Below are positions 11,801 through 24,627 of a stretch of 64,000 nucleotides of DNA, one piece after another. The stretch's first letter is position 1. Each line of letters opens with the position of its first letter. Origin of the DNA: Rhizophagus irregularis (taxonomy: Eukaryota); NCBI RefSeq assembly GCF_026210795.1, contig NC_089430.1:186001-250000 (forward strand), written 5' to 3'. The notes under the pieces are model-generated. The model did no database searches, was not told where the DNA came from, and saw only the letters and a program-made list of their open reading frames with translations. The position numbers were made by a program, and so were the translations under genes.

Positions 11801-14273
11801 GGTCGATGCCTTGGAGAACTGCATAAGATGGCATCAAGCCGTTCGTGGTTATGATTTCATTATATCTATCAGTGAATAAATTAAGAAAAAAAGTGATAAT
11901 AATATCAGGGATTTTTGGCCGTTCTAGTGCCAATTTCAATAATCGTAAATCGACGTGATCGTATGCTTTTGATAAATCTTGTAATACGATCCAGATGGGT
12001 TTTTTCTTAATACGTGCGTGTTCTATTAGATGTTGTGTAATCATAAGTGGTTCTAAAGTTGATTGGCCTAAGACGTCCGCTTTGTTATTGAATTGCAAAA
12101 TTGGGTGTTTAGAAAGCGCTTGGTTTAACCTTGTCAAGATAATGTTGACTAACAATTTCCTGGGAATTTCCAAGAGAGTTATAGGCCTTGTATTGGTTAA
12201 TTTACAATTCCAATCGTGTAGTTTCGGTATCAGAAAGAGTAAAGCATGTTTCCATTTATTTGGAATCACTTTAAGTGTTATGCAAGCGTTAAATATTTTA
12301 ATGAGAATCATTAAAGTTTCCTCGTGTAAATGGGTGATGTCTTCGTATGTGATTTTAGAAGGACCTGGCGCTTTATTGTTGTTCAATTTTTTAAAAATGG
12401 AGGAAAGGTCCATTAAAGTAATTGGTTCAATTAAATTATTCCACCATTCTTCTTTGATATTTTGTAAAGTATGATCATAATGATCTTTCCAATCTTGTGG
12501 CAGGGAGTCTAGGTTCATAATATCCTTGATATTTGGAGGCCCCGCTTGATGTTGGAAATGTTTGATGGCTTCTTTTTCTATAATTTCTGGATTATTAGTA
12601 AATACATAATCACCTTTGTTGTCGATGAATGAAAGTCTATCAAGCACGATACGACGTGGTTTACGATTTAAAATAGAATTAATCATTTTGGTTTGATTGT
12701 GTTGTAAATTATCATTACGTTCTATAACATAAGAACTTATTTTGTCTGAAAGGTGTTTATCATACGCAGATTTGTAAGCGGTCTTCATTGTATGATATAA
12801 TTGGTAAATTTCATCCTTTGTTGATACAAAATTATAAGGAGTAACAGTTGATGGTAAAGTAATTGATAATTTGTTGAAGTCTAATAAGACTTTAAGGCGA
12901 GGGAGGTATTTCATCCATCCTTCGTAGTAGGTATTCCATATATGTTGTGGGATGTTATGTAAAGTTGATAATGTGGGTGTAAAGTTCAATTTGAAACGGA
13001 TTTTAATATGTTTGAGATTTAAAAATTGTTTGACTTGATATAAAAGAATCACGTGATTATTCATCTGTCGTAATTCTAAAGGCAAATCTATATTTGATGA
13101 TGTATTTGAGTTAATAGTTTTTTGTGGTATAATGTCCTCTTTGAGTTCGATTAATGTTTTCTCAAAGAGATCCCATTGTCAGTTTAAGGATGTTTTGTTA
13201 TTAATCTGTTGTGGTTCTTTAGAAAATCTTTTTTTGAATGTTGAGCAGCTACGATTCGTATATGAGGACCATAATTCTTTAGTCATTTGGTCGTATTTGA
13301 AGAATTTTTTAGCTTCTTCATTCCGCTTGTTGAAAGGAAGGACATTCATGAACTTATCAAATAGATGTTTGTTTCTTGAATCGAAAAAAGTTTTTTCTAA
13401 AAGGGTTATAACAATGTTATGATCAGTATTGAAAAAAGATTGTGGTATCGATTGTGTATAAGAATGAATTGATTGTTCTAATAGATATGTATTTCCAAAA
13501 TGATAGTCAATTCTATTTGTGTTATGAGTTGAATTGTTATCTAAAGATTCTTGGTGATATTTAATCATATCTTTGTATCCGTTATTTTTAAGTAAACGGA
13601 TGGAAGGATAATTCGGATCTGATTTATTTTTTGTTGTTACATTAAAGTCGCCGATAACAATGGCGTATGAATTTTTGGTGTTGTTGGATTTGGTAATTAA
13701 TTTGTTCAATTTGTCGACGCAAATAGCGCTGATTTTAGATTTGGTGATATCATTCTTAGGGCTAGATGGTAGGTAGCAGCAAGTCACATTCAGTTGTTTT
13801 GATTTCTTGAAACCGAAGATGAGATTGATGATACGTCCTTCGAGAAATTCTGTATGTTGTAAATGTTTTTCCATTTTATCGGTAATCATGATGGCGACTC
13901 CTGAGCCTTTATTTGAACCAGAAGTGTCATGAACTATGTATATAAAATTGTTAGGTAAAGTAGGATGTTTGTGTTTGTTAATAATAGTGTTTGATTGATC
14001 TCCAAAGAGACCAGTTTCTGATAGACCAAGAATATCAAAATTGTGTCCGACAAAATAATTAATGATGTCGTTAAGTTTGTTGTTGAAGGCTGTTTGAATA
14101 TTAATGCTGCCTATTTTGATATAATCGATAAAAAAATTTTTATTAATATTTTCTTGATTGATCACGTGCAAATTTGTAATGTGTTCTTCATTGATCAAGT
14201 GATCGGAAGTTTGTGAGAAAGAATGTGAAGTATTAGGAAAGGGGTCAGATATATTTAAGTTGTTGTATGACAT
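8899..14273 (-). pseudogene. LINE ORF2 polyprotein (AP endonuclease, reverse transcriptase, RNase H, C-terminal Cys/His), broken by stops and frameshifts
   Basis: APE motifs GSINI, LGLSET, GSGVAI, GDFN, RIDY, TDH; RT motifs KAPGPSKI, RPITLLE, QDLSKAYD, GIDQGEVVSPLLW, YLDD (about 11625); RNase H motifs FYTDGS and IYTDS. Confidence 0.92.
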
Positions 14274-14389
14274 TTTTAAAGTAAATTGAAAATTGAAATG
14301 TGTGTAAACCAAAAAATTGGGATAAAAACAATAAGGGGAATCAAACATTATGTCCGATTTCTTTATGATTATAAAGAATAAATCACAAT

Positions 14390-16508
14390 TTAAACCTGAG
14401 GTTTATTACCGCAATTGAATGGGTTAAGTATGAAGCTTGATTGTCCTGAGGTATCTTGTTCAGACGCTTCATATGTGTTTTCAATGATGCCTGTATCGGA
14501 GACCTCCCCAGATTCAGTATAATATTCGTCTGAGAGTGGGAGTGCATTACTGTCTTCCATGGCCGGTTCGGCAGATGGTTGGATGAACCATTTTTTCACC
14601 TCTTTTAGAGGAGTTTTTTTGTATGGGATACTAGTACGCTTGGCTTTTCTGACTGGTTGTAGTCGAAGGGGTGAGGTTTGTGATACTTGTAAGGTGTCAA
14701 TGAGTGTTTGCATTTGTGTCATCAAGCTTTTGTGTTGATTTTCTAGACTACCTTGTCTCTGTGTGAGCAAGGCTATGTTAGTGTCAATCGTGGTCAATTG
14801 TTGATGATGTGATGAGTATTAATCCGTGAACGTTTGGTGGGAACCTTGTAGTACGTTAACATGATTTGTTAAAGTAGTAATTTGTTGTTCCATATGTGCG
14901 ATTTTGTTTAGGATTTCTTAAGGAATTTGTTGTTGAGTCCAGGATGAAGTAGACTTTTGATGTGTCCCGTCCAGGTTTTTCTTAATGTTATTATAGGATT
15001 GTTTTTGTTTTCCTTGTGTATCAGGTTGAGGGCGAGATTGTATGTTTGATTTACCAGAATTATTATTGGCTGGAGAGTCTTATGACGTGGTTATAATTTT
15101 GTCTAGTTGTTTCATTGATCATTATGCATTCCTTGTTACGCATGATGAAACGTTTTTTGAAAATTTTTCGTTCATTTTTGTCTAAGGTGAAATCTGTACT
15201 AGTACAGTTTTTATATTCGTGTATGTGACTACCATATACATTACATGTTTTTTTGGTATTTGTGTAAGGAAAAATAAAGATTGTATATTCTCCAAATTTT
15301 GTACCCGTGATTGTAGTGTAATCTTTTTTAATATCATCAGAGTGAACGTATATAAATGCGTTCTTGAAGAATGATGAGCGTGAGGTTTGAGTAAATGTAC
15401 ACGTTCGTCCCTTTAGATGTGTAACTAAAGGGCTTAAATCTTTTGCGTTCGTGTTTAAAGGTAAACCAGTGATTTTATAGAAAGCAGAGGTTTGTTGTGT
15501 GTATATTGGATGTTTCGGATTGCCTGGTAGGATTCTGGCTACTGAGTCCTTAATAACTAAGCACCAGTCTTGTTCTAATAGGTAATCTGCCGCTGCTTTG
15601 TCTTCAAAGCTAATTATTAGTTATTTATAGCTCAGCTTGATAAAAATTGGTTTGTCATTTTTGTTCCGGTTTTGGATTTTTTGAGGTAGTTTTCTAATTT
15701 CTTTGTAAGTTGCGATTCTTTTTCCCGTTACGTTAGTTATTTGTTTTATTAATAATGTGACATCGTAATTGATAGGGATATCTAATATTTTGATGATCGT
15801 GTTATCTTGTAATTGGAGTTTACGTTCAATTAAGGTATCTATATTTTGTTGTGTATATTCATAAATTTTAACATTTTGAAGTTCTGGAGGTGATGTTTTG
15901 ATAAGGTATGACAATTTGTCTTTAGTCGACACAGATATCATATAAAATTTGAATGTCATTTTTTTGAGGGATCTAACTTTAATAAAGTCTTTGTCTCCGA
16001 CAAAGATGTTGTTGAGTTTTTGTAAAATTTCTTTGTCTGTAAGTTTTGGCGGAAAACTATCTCGTGGGATAAACCCTTCAAAAGAAGTTTGTGCTTGTAT
16101 ATTTGAGGCTGAGAATATGTTGTCGATCATGGGGATTTCCTCGATTGGTGGTGGATTACCGTTAATGGATGTAGATCCTTCTAAAGGTTGTTGTGTATCA
16201 TTAATCGTTTCAATGATTGGTGCAGTTGGTAAATGGGCGTTGAAGTCACGTGTTTCTGAGGAATTTTTCCCAGAGACTTGCTCCACGGAGGAGGAAGTTC
16301 GAGAAGGTAAAGTCAAAGCAGGCTCGGCTGTCTTCTGACTATTTTCGTTGTTTGTTGTAGATATGTTCGACATTTTTCTATTTCTATTATTATTAACGTT
16401 AGGAGCGAAAGTTCTATATATATCTTCTTTGTCGGTAGAAAAATGATATGTTTTTTCGATATTTTTTAGAATTTTTTGAGAAAACTTGGAACGAGTGTTT
16501 TTACTCAT
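14390..16508 (-). pseudogene. LINE ORF1 (gag-like nucleic-acid binding protein), disrupted
   Basis: Upstream of ORF2 on the same strand; degenerate zinc knuckle CNVYGSHIHEYKNC near 15205-15245; coiled-coil C-terminal fragment 14390-14797. Confidence 0.75.
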
Positions 16509-18531
16509 GTAAATAATGTAAACAAGAGTGTAGAGTCCAAAAAATCACAAATTAGATCAGGTTTGTATGTAGAAAAAATAGTTTATATAGTATATTTCTT
16601 TAGCTAAAAAAATGGTCAGAGTGATCATTCTCCAGAGTTTCCCGAAGTTTCCGAAATTGATTCTGTTTGTGATTATTTCGATTACGTCCTTCCTTTTTTG
16701 TACATCACATGATTATAAATTGTCCAATAATCTTTAAATATTTTAATGACAAATGATCAAATAACAAAGGACGCAAATGACAGCCCAATCATTTGGAATT
16801 TGTCATTTCACGAATAATTCAAATGCCAAATGCCAAATGAAGGGGTGTCATTTGACCAAATGACTCCTAATCCGAAAAATGGTCAAATGACCAGGTCATT
16901 TCTGAATACTGTGTTAAACAGAAAATCCTATTCGTCTGGCTTAATGCACCATTTTAATCACCCTTATTAACTTTCTATTATATAATTTTTTATTTCCTAG
17001 ATTATAGTTGCCCATTTTGACGATGCCAAGTGGCACTTAGTATATTTCAAACTTATGTGGACGAAAATGTAAGTTGTTTAAATCGAATTTACATATGTGT
17101 ATCTTTTTTATGGTTTTAATATATTAATATTAGTTGGTTTATTTATATCGTAGGAAGAAGAAAATTATTATTGCTGCGCTTGGTCTATTGATCTGAATGG
17201 CACATTTGTCATTACTACGCACCTCCTCATGCTTGTTCTCCCAGCAAGTGCTACCATTATAATATGCTATTGGAAGGCTATAGGGAGACGATTTGTACAC
17301 CTGTCAGGTCAGATTTTTTATGCCCAGAGGTGGGAGCGCCATTACTTGCTGTTACTGAAGCTACAGGAATTATTATAATTCTAAACACTAAGTGTAGGAT
17401 CGGCTATAAAAGTATAATAACAAAATTATATTACAAATTGATTTAAATGGAATTTGAACATCATGATATTTGGTTTCTTTGCTTTGGAATTTCATATGAC
17501 TATCAAATGCTTGCAACGGGAATCAAGCAAGGCAAATTTATATATGGGATTTTCAGGATATTATTCCACATTATATTGATTACTATATCGAAAAGAAAAA
17601 AGCAGAGTATTCGGGAACGAAAAAGGAAAAAGCTGTAAAAAGAAAGGCAGTACTTCCATTGTTAATAAAAAGATTAGTGACAATACTGATGCATTAGTAA
17701 GTGGAAGTTCTTATGTAAGTGAAAGAGCATATATTAAGAAACCTATTATCCTTGAATCATTTTCATGCGAGAGCATAATTCGACAAGTTGATTTTTCAAA
17801 AGATAGACAATGCTTTGATTTGGTGTTAGAAAGATGTTGGAAATAAAGCGATTGGAAATGATGCGATTAATGGCAATAGCATAAATCATCAATAAGACAT
17901 TTAATTGAAATTATTAACCAAGCGCGAAGTAAAGCTTGATCTCATAAATCAGCTTGTATAGTATATTTTGTATTACGCAAAGCTACTACCACAAATTATA
18001 TCTCATCAGTACTTACGTGAGAATTTGGCATAGAATTTAATTAATTTAGAAATTTTATTATCAATAATGGACAAAAAACATACGTACAAAAAAAAAATCA
18101 AAGATAGTAAATGTTCAATTCCCGCAAACAATGGTGGTTGTATAACTGATAATTTTTTATTTAATAATTTAAATACATAAGTAGTAATTATAATGATTTT
18201 ATTTAATAATTTAATAAATAAATTAATAATAAAATACGATGATATATATAAAAGGCTCAATGACATTTATCAATTTATCATGACTGCAACTACAAATTGT
18301 AATTGTTTCTAGTGATATAAAGATTCATTTCGATGATACAAGAAGAACATTCTTATTAAAATAAATTCACAAATAGAGTTATAGGATCACCGCCCAACCT
18401 TCTTTTTATATATTTAACTGAACTGACAAAATGACGAAAATTTGTTATTGAGTCGTTTATTTATATTTATCTGGTCACGGACTTGCTAATCTAAAATGGT
18501 GTGTCCAATTTTATAAAATCTTTTAAATAAC

Positions 18532-18620
18532 TAGAGGTCCGGACCGGTCCTCAAATCATGAGCCAAAGACCATGAAGACCAGTCCTAGGATCGGTCTTTG
18601 CCAGGACCGATCCAACCGTA
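18532..18620. mobile_element. MITE end fragment with GGACCGGTCC motifs
   Basis: Same motif family as 34128-34744; the other end was not found. Confidence 0.4.
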
Positions 18621-20309
18621 TAAATAACCAAAATATTTTTCTATAGTTAGGTTTGTAAAGTTTGATATTTTTTTTAGAATTTTTTTTTGTCTAATGTTCA
18701 CGTGATAATCGCCAATCGTTTGATTGGCTAATAGTTCAGATTGTATAAAAAAATCTATTATGCCATTTATGTATCGTTCAGCTAGTATATATGAGACTGG
18801 ATCCGTTAATCCGGATATCCAATTTTGGGGTCGTCTAAATATTCAATGAAGTATTTGATAACAATTATACCTAATTTTTGAAATAGTATATATAACATAT
18901 TAGGATCGTGCTACAACTTCATGATTACTTGTTGTAATGGTTGTATAAAAATAATAAATATTAACAATATTTGTATGGACAAATTTTGTTTAATATATCG
19001 AATACTGTAGATTATTATATGAATGAGAAATTATGTGACAATGTTGTGGTGAAACAATGGGTAAGTTTCTCCATAAAGACGAGATTGAATATGTAGTAGT
19101 GATATTACTGCGCCTTAATCTCTGAAGGAGAAAGTCATGATTACGTTTCTATAGGAAAAAATGATTTTTGAGATTTTAAGAAATTATACATAAATTGTGT
19201 TTTGGAGATTAGATTTCTATCACACTGTTACAAAATTCATATTCAAATAAAAATTGTATGTTTCGTAACTTTGTTGAATTTATTACTCTTTTATGATTGG
19301 GGCGCAATTGATTCACCGCACAGAAATGCGCCACTCGCACAGCGATTTTTTGATGAAAAATAAATACTGATGTGAAGTATATTTTTGATGTACAAATTAT
19401 TTACTAAATTTACACAAAATAGTTTTGTTTGAGAAATATTTGTTGATTATCAAGATGCACTGCAAAACTACAGAAGAACAGTATTTAGGATTGCTTGATG
19501 TATTTTAGGAGAAAAAATTTCTACATTTCTAATGAGAAAGAAACGTTTTTATGCTACAGAAGTAATGATACATCATGCATCTTGCTAATAGGAGACTGAT
19601 TCTGGAATGGTTATCTGCTTTTCATGCAATTAATTTGCATACACTAGAATATCCTACATGGAAATAGGTGAAAAACTCGCATATAATGGAAAGTTTCAAC
19701 CAAGAAATTCAGATAGGTTGGTTTTGATGGAGCGCATATAAAAATGTATCTGGGCTACAGCTTGTACTGGAAACAAGTTTTGCAAGCTAAATTTCATGAA
19801 AATATGACAAGTGATCCCATTGGATAGATTAACGGCATTCCATCAATATGATTTGATCCATTTGGTAAATTTCGACGCAAAAAACCATCCATTAATCTCG
19901 GAATTAATTTCAGCAATAAATATGACTATATTAAAGAAAATTAACTATAAATATTTTTATGGCTGGAATGCTTTAGACGCATCAGGCAGAAACAATCTAT
20001 AATCCCTTCCTCTTCCAAAGAAGTATAGCTTCGAGGGAAGATTTGATTAATAAGTTTTGGGATAATAACTCAGAGATGCGATACTAGAAGTATCCATTAA
20101 ACATAAATGGGCGGGACGGATTGATGAACATTGAGATTCCGTAGAAAAAGGAGATAGAACAGGGACTTAAATTAAATATATTATTTGAAAAATTATAACT
20201 TGACAACAAATTTTGTTAAATAGAAAGCAAATAAACATATTTTGTTATATTTATTTATAAGTAAATATATCTTTTCTTTTCTTTTAGTTAAATCAATTTT
20301 ATTTTACAG

Positions 20310-22990
20310 ACACGCCGTATTGAATTATCCACCGAATTTATTTTAATGATTCCGTAAATGCTTCAAGTGAATGAGTGATTTGTATACCTGAAGTACCTAA
20401 AGGAATGATACATTATGTTATTTAATGCTTTAAATCAACGTACTATATTCAAGCACACAATAACTTACTTTCACCCGTTGTTGTATTTTCACCTGTCGAT
20501 GGCGTCGGTGGCGTCGGCAGTGTTGGTGGCGTTGGTGGCGGTGGTGGTTCATAATTTAACTGAGGAATCTCATTAGTAACAATGGAAGCAATTTTTCCTT
20601 CGGAGAAATCACGCATGATATCAAGTTCGTCTATCATAGTTAAATGTATTAGAATCAACAAGTTTGACACACATCGCTTAAATATCGTACTTACACAACC
20701 AATTTTGGTAGTCATTAATGTGGATTGTATTCCATTCGTCAGCTAATATATGAATTAGTTAATTACAGCGTCAAAAACAATTTGATAAGGGTTAGCATCT
20801 TACCTTCGTCTTCATATTTTTTATCATCATTATCAGAATTTGTGCCTACAATAAGTTGTATAAAGTGAGTTTACCACATAACCTTTTAACTATAAATATA
20901 TCGAATATCAACAATACCCGAATCTGTTACCTTTTTTTATTTTCGCTGCCAGTTTTTCTATGATGGGATCTTTAATAGTTTGTGTTTTTACAGATTGACT
21001 CGCATATTCAACGTTAGAATCGTGTACTTCGTCAAATGAATTTTGTTTGTTTGTGATAAACTGTTGTATGGTGTCCGGTAAGGGAGTTTTGTTGAACTCA
21101 TTAAGCCAGAATAATATTTTTTGATACAGATCCTTAGTAGTTGGACGTTTATCTGGATCTTTGTCCCAACATTTTTGCATCAATTCCTTGTAATCTGGTG
21201 GTGTTTCATCAAGAATCTTCGGACGAAGGTTTTCACATATCTCTCTAGCCAAGTATTTATCATATACACGATCATAGAATGGATATTCTTTCGAAGTAAT
21301 GAACCACATAATTATTCCAATACTATAGACGTCTGATGCTTGGGTGTAAGGTTCTCCATTTAAAACTTCTGGAGCTATGAATGGTAAAACGCCAAATATC
21401 TCATCAGATGATGTTACATCATCAACTTGACGACAAAGACCTAAATCAGACACAGAAATGGTCCTTCGGTAATGGAGGAGATTTCCTGGGTGCAAATCAC
21501 GATGAACCAACCCTCTAATATGAATATCAGCTAGTCCGTATAAAATATGTCGTAAAATATCTAATTTGTTTAACCAATTCAGTCTTTTTTTCATGTAATT
21601 TCTTAAATTGCCTCCGTGGGCGTAAGGAAAAACCATGATATATTCATTAGTCTTAGGATTTTTTGAGATACCATAGCAACGAAGCACTGTACTAGAAGAT
21701 GACTTGATATAGGCAGTGACCTAAAATAATTAATGTACAAATGGTTAATATAATAATTCAAGCTATCCACGTCTTTATAAATGCTTATGTTACCTCTTCA
21801 AGAAACTCTTTACCGATGTGTATTGAATTCTTGAGTTCTTTTAAAGCTACAGGTGTGTTTGGATATCGAACTCTCTTTCCAAGAGCATAATCCCAGGTAC
21901 CGAGTCCTTCAACCCAATTGGCTTTATAAACATTCGCATAAGCACCACGACCTACGAATTCAACATTAACAAATTTTTCATAAGGGATCCATTGTATAAA
22001 TCCATTTGGATATTTGATAGAAAGCTGAGAGTCATGGATAATTTTATCGAACTCTGGATTGCCACTTCCCCAATTGGAGAACTGTTTTTTAAACTGTTCA
22101 ATATCACAGAACTTGCACCATTTAATAAATACATATGGTCTGTTGCATACAAAGCATTGTTGTGCTTGATTACTATAAGCTGGAGTCCTAGCCATTCGTA
22201 TCCTATTGAGCTTGAGAACTGTTTTATCAAGCAGTTCACGATATTCTTTAATCTTATCTTCGGTTGCAGTTATGTCATCTTGATATATGTTCAGATTAAC
22301 ACCGATTTCAATGAAAAGATTCTCTATCTGATACATCGTGTTGAGTCTATGAATAAGAATATTGTTTGATAATTTGGATTGAGTACGTGAATCAAATCTA
22401 CTTAACAATGAACGTTATTTAACTTACTTCGAGAAAAAACCCAAGTTACAACAACCTCGGCTTTTGGTATGATAAGAATGCTTAAAAAGACGATATATCA
22501 GAGGATGAAAGCTTCCACCTGGTAGACTCAATTTACTCAATTTCGAAAGTTGACTGAGGGTTTTGTTAATACTATCTTTGTTTTTCTGAGTAGTCTCCTC
22601 GAAAAGCTTTCCAAACTCATCACATTTTTTCTGATAATCTTCGAATTCATCTATACAGGTTCTCCAGCCGGAAATAAATTCCTTTGCTATGGCATACCTT
22701 TCTTGATAAGTTTTATCGTCTTCCTTGCCCTTAGGAGGTACTTCTGATGGATAAGAATTGTCTATATTTGACTGGGCTAATTTTATTTGACCTTTCCGGT
22801 TTACCCAAGCTTTTACTTCGTTTTTGAGCTTCAAGTTCTCCTCTTGTACATCTTTAGCTTTTTCATTAAGAGAGCGAAGCTTCTTTTGGTTTTCGTTAAA
22901 TCCTTCTAACTTATCTTTTAACAATCCATTGGAGTCGAATAGAGAAGTAAAATCATCAGCGCTAAACTCCGTATTCTCCGTATTGTCCAT
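20310..22990 (-). CDS. Multi-exon TKL-type protein kinase with N-terminal coiled coil and Cys-rich pre-kinase segment
   Basis: GRGAYA, VALK, HRDLHPGN, SDLG and APE intact; CxxC..WCxxC..NWGSGN..QWIPYE segment; introns near 22400, 21721-21793 and 20850-20929; 3' end approximate. Confidence 0.85.
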
Positions 22991-23230
22991 GTTAGTAAAT
23001 TCAGGAGTTGCTTGATACCTATTATAAATAATACAATGTGACGCAAAAAATAAGCACCGTGCAACATTGGGTGTAACTGATAATAGATTTAATATATACC
23101 GGCACTAACACAATATATTCCCGAGTATATGATAAAGTAGTATGGTACGATATGATATAATAAGTAAGGTATGTAACCTTTGGGTATGATTAATCACATT
23201 ACAGTTGTATTATAGACAAAATGAATACAA

Positions 23231-23266
<36 letters not shown>

Positions 23267-24627
23267 GTTATTTCCGTACCTAATATATACAGTACATCCA
23301 GAGAAACAGTACGGTAAGATCGGCGGGTAAAGTTACCTAAAAAATCAATAAAGCATAATTAACAAATACACAAGAACATTCCATAACAAAATAAACACCT
23401 TGCCGATATTTCTTATTTTAGGAATTTCCAAGTAAGTTGTCTGTGTAAGGCCCCCTGAATATGGCGAACTTGATGTACAGTTACACAATATTAGACATCT
23501 TCTTTAGGTCAAATGCGATCATGTGTAGTTAATTTTTGTCGTACACCAAATAAAATTGGAAATATGTTTTGTCCAGGCTGATCAAAAGAAGTCCCCCATT
23601 TTTTTTTTGGAGATATTCGCGTAAAAAGTTTCGCGTAAAATATATAAAATTTAATTATTATTTTAATTATAAAGACTTAAAAATTCCTTCACATCTTCAA
23701 ATATTTAACAATTAAAACTTATTAAATTTATAACTATTCTAATAACTATCTAACTATCCTAAGAAATCTATTATGAATCTGGACAACACTATATTCATCA
23801 TTAACGAATTAATGAAGAATATTTGTTATATATCTATCATTTATTTCAAACACTTCAAATTTCTGATAATTATAAAGTAAAATCTATTTGGAAAAAGTTT
23901 AGGAAAGATGGTTAGTCAGTTGTATACAAGTATTAGAGTAATTAAAAAAAAAATCAAACACGTAAAAGTAATACTTTTTAACTATATAATAATAATAATA
24001 TTTCACTTTTTTTAAATAAAAGCAAATAAAACTTACTTGCAATAAAACTCTCCCGGTTTCTTTCTTGAGATTTTTTGATCCGTTCCTTTCATTTTTGATC
24101 GGTTCCTCAGTTTATTACATATTAAAAAGTTTTGTTCGGGGAGTTGAAGATATTTAGGGATCGACAATAATTCTCATGATTATATGACATTTATGTCACA
24201 CATAACAAAAAATAGGGCACACTATTTTTTTGATCAGACCGATATGTTATTTCATTCACTTTATACACTTCAACGGTTCAACTAAATTTCTATATTTCCG
24301 TTCATTGTGCGTATGCGTGTTTTTTGTGTGTAACTGTCAACTCATTTTTCTTATTATAAACAAATATACGAAATAATAAAAATCAATGCTAGATGCAACA
24401 TGTTGCAATTCTATTGGTTATCAATACATGTAGTATTCAGCCACTTGAAAGATTAACGCTGATATATCCATATCAAGCAATATATATTATCCGGATAGAC
24501 GGATGGTTTGCCTTTCTAAATATTGTTTTTATCTGATATCAAAAATACCAAAATCATATAAATATGAAAGGTCACTGCTATGTACTTTTCTCTAGTATTT
24601 GCAAATGTTAAAATTTTACAATCTAAA

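Larger units (their letters stand above)
8559..16652 (-). mobile_element. Full-length degenerate LINE (non-LTR retrotransposon) with APE, RT and RNase H
   Basis: 15-bp duplication GAAATTGATTCTGTT (8544-8558, 16653-16667); (TAAAAA)n 3' tail on the minus strand; ORF1 and ORF2 fragments in canonical order. Confidence 0.92.
7973..16911. mobile_element. hAT-type MITE (middle layer of nest)
   Basis: TIR CAGTGTTTGGCAAATGAC / CAGTATTCAGAAATGAC; perfect 8-bp duplication TGTTAAAC (7965-7972, 16912-16919); subterminal CAAATGAC repeats at both ends. Confidence 0.85.
7642..16941. mobile_element. Harbinger-type MITE (outer layer of nest)
   Basis: TIR GGCCAGACCAATTTGATTTTCCGTTTAAC versus AGCCAGACGAATAGGATTTTCTGTTTAAC (reverse complement of right end); TAA on both flanks. 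Confidence 0.75.
7550..17850 (+). pseudogene. EED/ESC/FIE-like (PRC2 WD40 subunit) relic split by a transposon nest
   Basis: Fragments in EED order: YYGVNF..TVIGERN (about 7580), IFQTYVDEN|EEENYYCCAWSID (17040-17195), GAPLLAV..GIIIILN, DIWFLCFGISYDYQMLATG..QGK, IIRQVDFSKD. They parallel EED motifs from memory; deletions and frameshifts are present. Confidence 0.65.

Noticed and set aside
9427..16338. Plus-strand ORFs overlapping the LINE
   Set aside because: Antisense shadows with no recognisable motifs.
18940..20050. Possible decayed coding region
   Set aside because: Looks codon-like but is full of stops and I cannot assign a family.
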